This document shows, piece after piece, positions 17,906 through 33,928 of a DNA stretch of 33,928 nucleotides. A program made the position numbers and the translations under genes. Source of the stretch: Sulfurospirillum arcachonense (GTDB lineage: Bacteria > Campylobacterota > Campylobacteria > Campylobacterales > Sulfurospirillaceae); assembly GCA_015662785.1 (NCBI GenBank), contig DQTM01000274.1, forward strand, positions 1 to 33,928. The letters run 5' to 3'. Position 1 is the first letter of the stretch; each line of letters begins with the position of its first letter. The notes beneath the pieces are model-generated. The model saw nothing but the letters and a program-made list of their open reading frames with translations. It ran no database searches and was not told the origin of the DNA.

Positions 17906-18064
17906 ATGACTATTAAAATAGGATTAAAGTGTGTTGAGTGTGGAGATATAAACTACACAACAACAAAAAACTCAAAGACATATACTGAAAAGTTTGAAGC
18001 TAAGAAGTATTGTCCAAGACTTAAAAAGCACACAGTTCACAAAGAAGTGAAACTTAAAAGTTAA
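17906..18064 (+). CDS. rpmG: 50S ribosomal protein L33 (not in the ORF track)
   Basis: Manual translation [52 protein letters not shown] (52 aa). Confidence 0.96.
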   Translation: MTIKIGLKCVECGDINYTTTKNSKTYTEKFEAKKYCPRLKKHTVHKEVKLKS

Positions 18065-18097
18065 TTATCTCCCTCTTCGGAGGGATATAATATATGT

Positions 18098-18174
18098 AGG
18101 GGAGTAGCTCCAATGGTTAGAGCACTGGATTCCAAATCCAGGTGTTGTGGGTTCGAGTCCCTCCTTCCCTGCCA
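18098..18174 (+). tRNA. tRNA-Trp(CCA)
   Basis: AGGGGAG acceptor strand, CTGGA-TTCCAAA-TCCAG, GTTCGAG loop, GCCA end; canonical position between rpmG and secE. Confidence 0.96.
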
Positions 18175-18184
18175 CTAAAAGGTA

Positions 18185-18261
18185 AAAGTCTCGGTTTTTA
18201 CCGTAGCTTTAGTAGCGTGTTAATTTTTAAGGAGCGTTGCTTTTTAAAAAGATGAAATTAA
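18185..18261 (+). repeat. Two-hairpin non-coding element, copy 1 (upstream of secE)
   Basis: TCTCGGTTTTTACCGTAGCTTTAG ... TTTTTAAGGAGC-GTT-GCTTTTTAAAAA ... GATGAAATTAA; aligns with 20823-20896. Confidence 0.7.
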
Positions 18262-18270
18262 GGTATATAC

Positions 18271-18450
18271 ATGGAAAAATTGGTAACTTATTACAATCAT
18301 TCAAAAGTAGAACTAACAAAAGTTATTTTCCCGATTAAAGAACAGATTAGAAATGCTTTTATATCTGTTTTTGTAGTTGTTACTGTTGTATCACTATTTT
18401 TAGCATTAATTGATGTGATTATGTCAGCTTCTTTATCTGCAGTGATGTAA
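18271..18450 (+). CDS. secE: Preprotein translocase subunit SecE (not in the ORF track)
   Basis: MEKLVTYYNHSKVELTKVIFPIKEQIRNAFISVFVVVTVVSLFLALID (59 aa in total): EL.KV.(F/W)P motif and a single transmembrane helix, upstream of nusG. Confidence 0.95.
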   Translation: MEKLVTYYNHSKVELTKVIFPIKEQIRNAFISVFVVVTVVSLFLALIDVIMSASLSAVM

Positions 18451-18451
18451 G

Positions 18452-18991
18452 ATGGAAGATATGGATCACAAATGGTATGCTATCCAGACTTATGCTGGAA
18501 GTGAACAAGCAGTAAAAAGAGCAATCGAAGAGATTGTTGTTAACAACTCAATTGAAGATAAACTTAAGGCAATCATCGTTCCAACGGAAGATGTGATTGA
18601 AGTTAAAAATGGAAAGAAAAAGATAACTGAAAGAAGTCTATATCCAGGATATGCATTTGCACATCTTGATTTAGATACAAGACTTTGGCATATGATTCAA
18701 TCATTGCCTAAAGTTGGTCGTTTTATTGGAGAGTCTAAAAAGCCTACTCCATTAACGGAAAAAGATATTCAAGTTATTTTAGAAAAAGCAGAGAAAAAAG
18801 GTGCACCAAAACCAAAAGTCTTCTTCGAAACAGGAGAGAGTGTACGGATTACAGAAGGTCCGTTTGCAAACTTTACAGGTGCAGTTGAAGAGTATGATAT
18901 GGAACATGGCAAGTTAAAACTAAATGTTCTTATTTTTGGTAGAAGTACGCCAGTAGAGATTCTCTACACTCAAGTTGAAAAAATAGTTTAA
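18452..18991 (+). CDS. nusG: Transcription termination/antitermination factor NusG
   Basis: WYAIQTYAGSE, LYPGY and KOW motif GESVRITEGPF. The start could alternatively be 18461. Confidence 0.97.
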   Translation: MEDMDHKWYAIQTYAGSEQAVKRAIEEIVVNNSIEDKLKAIIVPTEDVIEVKNGKKKITERSLYPGYAFAHLDLDTRLWHMIQSLPKVGRFIGESKKPTPLTEKDIQVILEKAEKKGAPKPKVFFETGESVRITEGPFANFTGAVEEYDMEHGKLKLNVLIFGRSTPVEILYTQVEKIV

Positions 18992-19001
18992 AGGATAATA
19001 A

Positions 19002-19427
19002 ATGGCTAAAAAGATAACAGGCGAGATTAAATTACAAATCGCTGCCGGAAAAGCAAATCCATCACCACCAGTTGGTCCAGCTCTTGGACAGCAGGGTGTT
19101 AATATTATGGAATTTTGTAAAGCATTTAATGAAAAAACAAAAGATAAAATGGGTTATAATATCCCAGTTGTTATCACTGTTTATGCAGATAGAAGTTTTA
19201 CTTTTATTACAAAACAACCACCAGCATCAGATTTAATTTTGAAAGCAGCTGGAATCAAAAAAGGTACTGACAATCCACTTAAAAACAAAGTTGGAAAGCT
19301 TACTAAAGCACAAGTACTTGAAGTAGTAGAGCAGAAAATAGCTGATCTAAATACTAATGATCGTGAACAAGCAGCTAAAATTATAGCTGGTTCTTGTAGA
19401 AGTATGGGCGTTGAAATAGTAGATTAA
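19002..19427 (+). CDS. rplK: 50S ribosomal protein L11
   Basis: [16 protein letters not shown] motif. Confidence 0.99.
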   Translation: MAKKITGEIKLQIAAGKANPSPPVGPALGQQGVNIMEFCKAFNEKTKDKMGYNIPVVITVYADRSFTFITKQPPASDLILKAAGIKKGTDNPLKNKVGKLTKAQVLEVVEQKIADLNTNDREQAAKIIAGSCRSMGVEIVD

Positions 19428-19485
19428 TTTTTCCCTTAACCGCTTAGGGTAATAAACGGAAGCAAAATTGCGTGGAGATATAATA

Positions 19486-20187
19486 ATGGCAAAAATAACA
19501 AAAAGATTTCAGGAATTACTGAAAAAAGTTGAAGCAGAAAAGAAATATTCTGCAACAGAAGCACTATCAGTTGTAAAAAGTTTAGCTTCAGCTAAATTTG
19601 ATGAGACAGTTGAGATAGCATTAAAATTAAATGTTGACCCTAGACATGCTGACCAAATGGTTCGTGGTTCTGTTATCCTTCCTGCTGGAACGGGTAAATC
19701 GGTTAGAGTCGCAGTTGTAGCAAAAGATGCAAAAGCAGATGAAGCAAAAACAGCTGGTGCTGACATAGTTGGCGCAGATGAACTAATAGCAGATATTCAA
19801 GCTGGAAAGATTGACTTCGACGTTTTAATCGCAACTCCAAACATGATGGGATTAGTTGGTAAAGTTGGACGTATTCTAGGACCAAAAGGTATTATGCCTA
19901 ACCCTAAAACTGGAACTGTTACTATGGATGTAGCTAAAGCAGTTGAGAATAACAAGGGTGGTCAAGTAAACTTCCGTGTTGATAAGCAAGGTAATATCCA
20001 CGCTGGTATTGGTAAAGTTAGCTTTGATGAAGCTAGCCTAACTGATAACTTTATGACTTTTGTGAGAGCAGTCAACAAACTAAAACCAGCATCAGCAAAA
20101 GGTAAGTATATTAAAACTGCTGCACTTTCATTGACTATGAGTCCATCAGTAAATATGGATAACCAAGAGTTAATTGACTTAAAATAA
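19486..20187 (+). CDS. rplA: 50S ribosomal protein L1
   Basis: [29 protein letters not shown]; ATG 19486 after GGAG. Confidence 0.98.
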   Translation: MAKITKRFQELLKKVEAEKKYSATEALSVVKSLASAKFDETVEIALKLNVDPRHADQMVRGSVILPAGTGKSVRVAVVAKDAKADEAKTAGADIVGADELIADIQAGKIDFDVLIATPNMMGLVGKVGRILGPKGIMPNPKTGTVTMDVAKAVENNKGGQVNFRVDKQGNIHAGIGKVSFDEASLTDNFMTFVRAVNKLKPASAKGKYIKTAALSLTMSPSVNMDNQELIDLK

Positions 20188-20233
20188 TATCACGAGAGCT
20201 TTATGTTCTCTTTCTAAATGTAATAAAATCTAT

Positions 20234-20295
20234 GATTTGAGACAGTTGAGGCTTCACAGCTTAATTCGAGAGTTTTCTCGACTCCACTTGAAATC
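20234..20295 (+). ncRNA. L10 leader (ribosomal protein autoregulatory RNA)
   Basis: GATTT...AAATC closing stem with GAGACAG, GCTTAA and an internal TCGAGA/TCTCGA hairpin, directly upstream of rplJ. Confidence 0.65.
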
Positions 20296-20316
20296 TCGGT
20301 CGGAAAGGAGAAAAAA

Positions 20317-20802
20317 TTGACTAAAAATCAAAAAGTTGAAATTGTTAAAAACATAACTGAAGAGTTTAAAGCTTCCGCCGCAGTAGTAGTTTGTGATTTT
20401 AGAGGAATAGATGTTCCTGCTATTGAAGAACTAAGAATAGACGCAAAAGAGATGAATGTTAAAGTTAGAGTAATTAAAAATACTCTTGCAAGCATTGCTA
20501 TGAAAAATGCTGACATTGAAGGAATTGATCTTACAAACACAAATATTTTTGTTTGGGGCGAAGATCAGTTAGATGTAACTAAAGTTGTAGCTAAATTTGC
20601 TAAAGCTAACGATAAATTTGTTATTAAAACAGCATTTATCGATGGCGAAGTTTCTGATGCTGCTAAAGTTGAAGCTCTTTCTAAAATGCCATCACGTGAT
20701 GAGCTTATTGGAATGTTACTTCAAACTTGGATGGCTCCAGTTACAAACTTTACAATTGGTCTTGATGCTCTTAGAGCTCAAAAAGAAGAAGAGTCTGCAT
20801 AA
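20317..20802 (+). CDS. rplJ: 50S ribosomal protein L10
   Basis: TTG start after AAGGAG; RVIKNTL and [10 protein letters not shown] motifs. Confidence 0.97.
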   Translation: MTKNQKVEIVKNITEEFKASAAVVVCDFRGIDVPAIEELRIDAKEMNVKVRVIKNTLASIAMKNADIEGIDLTNTNIFVWGEDQLDVTKVVAKFAKANDKFVIKTAFIDGEVSDAAKVEALSKMPSRDELIGMLLQTWMAPVTNFTIGLDALRAQKEEESA

Positions 20803-20822
20803 TAAGCAGTAAAATCAACATA

Positions 20823-20896
20823 AGTTTCTCGGCAAAGCCGTAGCTTTAGATGATATGAATTTCAAAGGAATTACTTCCTTTGAAAGAAGAAATTAA
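20823..20896 (+). repeat. Two-hairpin non-coding element, copy 2 (upstream of rplL)
   Basis: TCTCGGCAAAGCCGTAGCTTTAG ... TTTCAAAGGAA-TTAC-TTCCTTTGAAA ... GAAGAAATTAA. Confidence 0.7.
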
Positions 20897-20916
20897 ATGA
20901 AAATAAGGATTAAGAA

Positions 20917-21285
20917 ATGGCAATTTCTAAAGAAGACGTATTAGAATATATTTCAGGTCTATCTGTACTTGAATTAAGTGAATTAGTAAAAGAATTTGAA
21001 GAGAAGTTTGGTGTATCAGCTGCTCCAGTTATGATGGCTGGTGGTGCTGGTGATGCTGCAGCTGTAGAAGAGAAGACTGAATTTGATGTAGTTCTAGTTG
21101 AAGCTGGTCCTAAGAAAATTAACGCTATTAAAGCTGTTCGTGCTATCACAGGTCTTGGACTTAAAGAAGCAAAAGAAGCAGTTGAAAGTGTTCCTACTGT
21201 TCTTAAAGAAGGCATATCTAAAGATGATGCTGAAGCTGTTCTTAAGCAGATCGAAGAAGCTGGTGCAAAAGCTGAACTCAAGTAG
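20917..21285 (+). CDS. rplL: 50S ribosomal protein L7/L12
   Basis: [16 protein letters not shown] and GLGLKEAK motifs. Confidence 0.99.
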   Translation: MAISKEDVLEYISGLSVLELSELVKEFEEKFGVSAAPVMMAGGAGDAAAVEEKTEFDVVLVEAGPKKINAIKAVRAITGLGLKEAKEAVESVPTVLKEGISKDDAEAVLKQIEEAGAKAELK

Positions 21286-21302
21286 TTTCAAAACTTGTAC
21301 TG

Positions 21303-21324
21303 AAGGGGAGTTAATTCTCCCCTT
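21303..21324 (+). terminator. Hairpin between rplL and rpoB (possible attenuator/terminator)
   Basis: AAGGGGAG-TTAATT-CTCCCCTT; lacks a clear U tract. Confidence 0.45.
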
Positions 21325-21407
21325 ACAAAAATGTGATAATAAACTAGTCGTGATAAAAGCTACTTGTGTTAGTAGCAAAAATACTTTCCTTTTAAACAAC
21401 TTCGTAA

Positions 21408-30097
<8,690 letters not shown>

Positions 30098-30234
30098 GAT
30101 TTTAAGCAAAATTTAAGTAAAATACCGGTTCTCTGAAATCTGTCTTTAAAGGTAGATTTGAGTGAACCAGTATTTTAGGTTCAAGTGACGAGTCTACATG
30201 TAGACTTTAAGAAAAAAAAGTAAAAGGAAAAATC

Positions 30235-30606
30235 GTGCCAACTATCAACCAATTGGTAAGAAAAAACAGAAAAAAGGTGATCAAGAAGTCAAAATCACCA
30301 GCACTTGTTAAGTGTCCTCAAAGAAGAGGTGTTTGTACTAGAGTTTATACTACAACTCCAAAAAAACCTAACTCAGCTTTAAGAAAAGTTGCAAAAGTTA
30401 GATTGACTAGTGGATTTGAAGTAATCAGTTATATCGGTGGTGAAGGTCACAACTTACAAGAACACTCAATTGTTCTAGTTCGTGGCGGTAGAATCAAAGA
30501 TTTACCTGGTGTTAAATATCACATCGTTCGTGGTGCACTTGATACTGCTGGTGTTGCTGGAAGAACAGTTGCAAGAAGTAAATACGGTACTAAAAGACCT
30601 AAATAA
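30235..30606 (+). CDS. rpsL: 30S ribosomal protein S12
   Basis: GTG start; PTINQL and [11 protein letters not shown] motifs. Confidence 0.99.
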   Translation: MPTINQLVRKNRKKVIKKSKSPALVKCPQRRGVCTRVYTTTPKKPNSALRKVAKVRLTSGFEVISYIGGEGHNLQEHSIVLVRGGRIKDLPGVKYHIVRGALDTAGVAGRTVARSKYGTKRPK

Positions 30607-30683
30607 CTTTTGCTAAAACAGGTGTTGTCCATAAGTTTTGGTAACATTTGAGTAAAATTTAAAAATTTGAAGGATTTTTATAA

Positions 30684-31157
<474 letters not shown>

Positions 31158-31169
31158 TAAGGAAATATT

Positions 31170-33248
31170 ATGGCAAGAAGTAACCCTATACACAAAGTAA
31201 GAAACATTGGTATTGCTGCTCACATTGATGCTGGTAAAACAACTACAACAGAAAGAATTTTATTTTATACTGGTGTGTCTCACAAAATTGGTGAAGTTCA
31301 TGATGGTGCTGCAACTATGGATTGGATGGAACAAGAAAAAGAGAGAGGTATTACAATTACTTCAGCTGCAACAACTTGTCAATGGAGAGGTCATCAGATA
31401 AATATCATTGACACTCCAGGTCACGTTGACTTTACTATTGAAGTTGAGCGTTCTATGCGTGTACTTGATGGTGCTGTAGCAGTATTTTGTGCTGTTGGTG
31501 GAGTTCAACCTCAATCAGAGACTGTTTGGAGACAAGCAACAAGATATGAAGTACCAAGAATGGTTTTTGTAAACAAGATGGACCGTACAGGTGCAGATTT
31601 TTATGAAGTTGAAAAGCAAATTATAAGTAGACTAAAATCAGTTCCAGTTCCTATTCAGATTCCTATTGGAGCTGAAGAAAACTTTAAAGGTGTTGTTGAT
31701 TTAGTAAAAATGAAAGCACTAGTTTGGGAAGATGAAGCTGCTATGGGTTCTGCTTACGAAGAGAAAGAGATACCTGCTGATTTAGTTGAAAAAGCTCAAA
31801 AATATAGAGAGCATATGATAGAGATGGTATCTGAGACTGATGATGTACTTATGGAAAAATTTCTAGAAGGTGAAGAGATAACTAATGAGGAAATTATGGC
31901 TGGCATAAAAGCTGGTTGTAATGCGATGACTTTTATCCCTATGCTTTGTGGAACAGCATTTAAAAACAAAGGTGTTCAACCTTTACTTGATGCTGTTGTT
32001 GATTACATGCCTGCACCAACTGAAGTTGCTGCTATTAAAGGCGAGTATGAAGATGGAACAGAGACTACAGTTGAGTCAACTGATGATGGAGAATTTGCGG
32101 CACTAGCATTTAAAATTATGACTGATCCATTTGTTGGACAACTTGCATTTGTAAGAGTTTATCGTGGTAGTTTGGATAGTGGTAGTTATACTTACAACAC
32201 ATCAAAAAATAAGAAAGAGAGAGTTGGACGTCTTTTAAAGATGCATGCTAACAAAAGAGAAGAGATAAAAACACTTTATGCTGGTGAAATCGGTGCAGTT
32301 GTTGGTCTTAAAGATACACTAACTGGTGATACACTTGCAGGTGAAAAAGATCAAGTAATCCTAGAAAGAATGGATTTCCCGGATCCGGTTATCTCTGTTG
32401 CAGTTGAGCCAAAAACTAAAGCTGACCAAGAAAAAATGGGTATCGCACTTCAAAAACTTGCTCAAGAAGATCCTTCTTTTAGAGTTGAGACTGATGAAGA
32501 GAGTGGACAGACTATTATCTCTGGTATGGGTGAACTTCACCTTGAAATTCTAGTAGATAGAATGCTTAGAGAGTTTAAAGTTGAAGCTGAAGTTGGACAA
32601 CCTCAAGTTAGCTATAGAGAGACTATCAAGAAAACTGTTGAGCAAGAGTATAAGTATGCTAAACAATCAGGTGGTCGTGGTCAATATGGTCACGTTTATC
32701 TTAGACTTGAGCCTCTTGAAGCTGGTACTGGCTTTGAGTTTGTTAACGCTATCAAGGGTGGATCAGTTCCTAGAGAATTTATTCCTGCTGTTGAAAAGGG
32801 TTGTAAAGAAGCTATGGCTGGTGGTGTTCTTGCTGGATACCCAGTTGAAGATGTTAAAGTAACTCTATATGATGGAAGTTACCATGATGTTGATTCAAGT
32901 GAAATGGCATTTAAACTTGCTGCTTCTATGGGTTTCAAAGCTGGAGCAAGAGCTGCAAATGCAATTATACTTGAGCCAATGATGAAAGTTGAAGTAGAGA
33001 CTCCTGAAGATTTCATGGGTGATGTTATAGGTGACCTTAACAGAAGACGTGGACAAATCAGTTCTATGGAAGACAGAAGTGGAAACAAGATTGTTAATGC
33101 ATTTTGTCCTCTTTCAGAAATGTTTGGTTACTCAACTGATCTAAGAAGTGCAACTCAAGGTCGTGCTTCTTACTCTATGGAATTTGATCATTATGAAGAA
33201 GTTCCTAAGAATGTTGCTGAAGAGATTATCAAAAAGAGAAACGGATAA
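31170..33248 (+). CDS. fusA: Elongation factor G
   Basis: [17 protein letters not shown] and GMGELHL motifs. Confidence 0.99.
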   Translation: MARSNPIHKVRNIGIAAHIDAGKTTTTERILFYTGVSHKIGEVHDGAATMDWMEQEKERGITITSAATTCQWRGHQINIIDTPGHVDFTIEVERSMRVLDGAVAVFCAVGGVQPQSETVWRQATRYEVPRMVFVNKMDRTGADFYEVEKQIISRLKSVPVPIQIPIGAEENFKGVVDLVKMKALVWEDEAAMGSAYEEKEIPADLVEKAQKYREHMIEMVSETDDVLMEKFLEGEEITNEEIMAGIKAGCNAMTFIPMLCGTAFKNKGVQPLLDAVVDYMPAPTEVAAIKGEYEDGTETTVESTDDGEFAALAFKIMTDPFVGQLAFVRVYRGSLDSGSYTYNTSKNKKERVGRLLKMHANKREEIKTLYAGEIGAVVGLKDTLTGDTLAGEKDQVILERMDFPDPVISVAVEPKTKADQEKMGIALQKLAQEDPSFRVETDEESGQTIISGMGELHLEILVDRMLREFKVEAEVGQPQVSYRETIKKTVEQEYKYAKQSGGRGQYGHVYLRLEPLEAGTGFEFVNAIKGGSVPREFIPAVEKGCKEAMAGGVLAGYPVEDVKVTLYDGSYHDVDSSEMAFKLAASMGFKAGARAANAIILEPMMKVEVETPEDFMGDVIGDLNRRRGQISSMEDRSGNKIVNAFCPLSEMFGYSTDLRSATQGRASYSMEFDHYEEVPKNVAEEIIKKRNG

Positions 33249-33266
33249 TATATCTATTTTAATTTT

Positions 33267-33304
33267 AAAGCCAAGTATGCGGATGCATACTTGGCTTTTT
33301 TTTT
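33267..33304 (+). terminator. Rho-independent terminator after fusA
   Basis: AAAGCCAAGTATGC-GGAT-GCATACTTGGCTTT followed by a T run. Confidence 0.9.
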
Positions 33305-33313
33305 ACTTAAAAT

Positions 33314-33390
33314 GTCCTCATAGCTCAGCTGGATAGAGCACTTGATTCCTAATCAAGAGGTCACGCGTTCGAATCGCGTTGAGGACACCA
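33314..33390 (+). tRNA. tRNA-Arg(CCT)
   Basis: GTCCTCA/TGAGGAC acceptor stem, CTTGA-TTCCTAA-TCAAG, TTCGAAT loop, CCA. Confidence 0.96.
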
Positions 33391-33515
33391 CTATCATTGT
33401 ATACACAAACCTTTTTTTATCTTAACAACTTTAGTATGAAATAAATATGACAGCTTATTTAAAGTAATATCGGAGTAAAATTATATCAATTTACTAGGTA
33501 AGGTTTTTAGAACTT

Positions 33516-33928
33516 ATGGCAACAATAACCGTTGACGATAGAGAGATAAAAGTTAAAGATGGTGCTTTACTTATTGAAGAGCTGTTAGCAAATGGTATTG
33601 AAATACCACATTTTTGTTATCACCCTGCTTTAGGAAAAGATGGAAATTGTAGGATGTGTATGGTTGAAATTGAAGGTAAGAAAAGACCTCAAATAGCCTG
33701 TGATACACCTATAATTGATGGTATGATTATTCGCACTAAGGGCGAAGGCATACAAAGAGTAAAACGGCAGATACTTGAAATGGAACTTATTAATCATCCG
33801 ATTGATTGTCCTGTTTGTGATCAAGCTGGTGAGTGCTCTTTGCAAAACTACTATATGGATGTTGGTCTTTACGAAAGTAGGCTTGGTACTCCAAAAACAC
33901 GTGGTGAAAAACATGTTGATATAGGTGC
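33516..33928 (+). CDS. NuoG-like 2Fe-2S/4Fe-4S protein, N-terminal part (runs off the window)
   Basis: MATITVDDREIKV...IPHFCYHPALGKDGNCRMCMVE...IACDTP...LINHPIDCPVCDQAGECSLQ: the N1b and N5 cluster motifs of NADH:quinone oxidoreductase subunit G. Confidence 0.88.
   Translation, partial: MATITVDDREIKVKDGALLIEELLANGIEIPHFCYHPALGKDGNCRMCMVEIEGKKRPQIACDTPIIDGMIIRTKGEGIQRVKRQILEMELINHPIDCPVCDQAGECSLQNYYMDVGLYESRLGTPKTRGEKHVDIG

Noticed and set aside
17906-18064. L33 with an incomplete zinc ribbon (CxxC...CPRL)
   Set aside because: As recalled, the same pattern occurs in Campylobacter L33, so it is not unusual for the lineage.
20910-21281. 123-aa antisense ORF over rplL and other short shadow ORFs inside larger genes
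   Set aside because: They are explained by codon bias of the real genes and show no recognisable motifs.
33314-33515. tRNA-Arg(CCT) as an island integration site
   Set aside because: No integrase or duplicated tRNA 3' end is visible downstream within the window.

Overview
AT-rich bacterial window, most consistent with a Campylobacterota (epsilonproteobacterial) chromosome with unfused rpoB and rpoC. About 16-33.4 kb is core translation/transcription machinery: tRNA-Thr/Tyr/Gly/Thr, tuf, rpmG, tRNA-Trp, secE, nusG, rplKAJL, rpoBC, rpsLG, fusA and tRNA-Arg, followed by a partial NuoG-like Fe-S gene. The first 16 kb is accessory or metabolic. (i) 1-1.64 kb looks like the right end of an island integrated at a tRNA-Asn gene. 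Two diverged ~130-bp att-like repeats each directly follow a HEPN gene and bracket an MNT-HEPN toxin-antitoxin pair, giving a cassette-like layout. (ii) A 5'-truncated mtnA is followed by a class II aldolase. (iii) A membrane GGDEF-EAL gene overlaps a LapG-like protease gene. (iv) A putative proline-utilisation locus consists of a stand-alone ribbon-helix-helix gene, a coupled protein resembling a dead PD-(D/E)xK nuclease, a Liv-type ABC transporter and putA. A near-identical 15-bp palindrome lies upstream of both the RHH gene and putA. A two-hairpin non-coding element with covarying stems also occurs twice, upstream of secE and upstream of rplL. All calls come from manual reading and motif recall; no searches were run.
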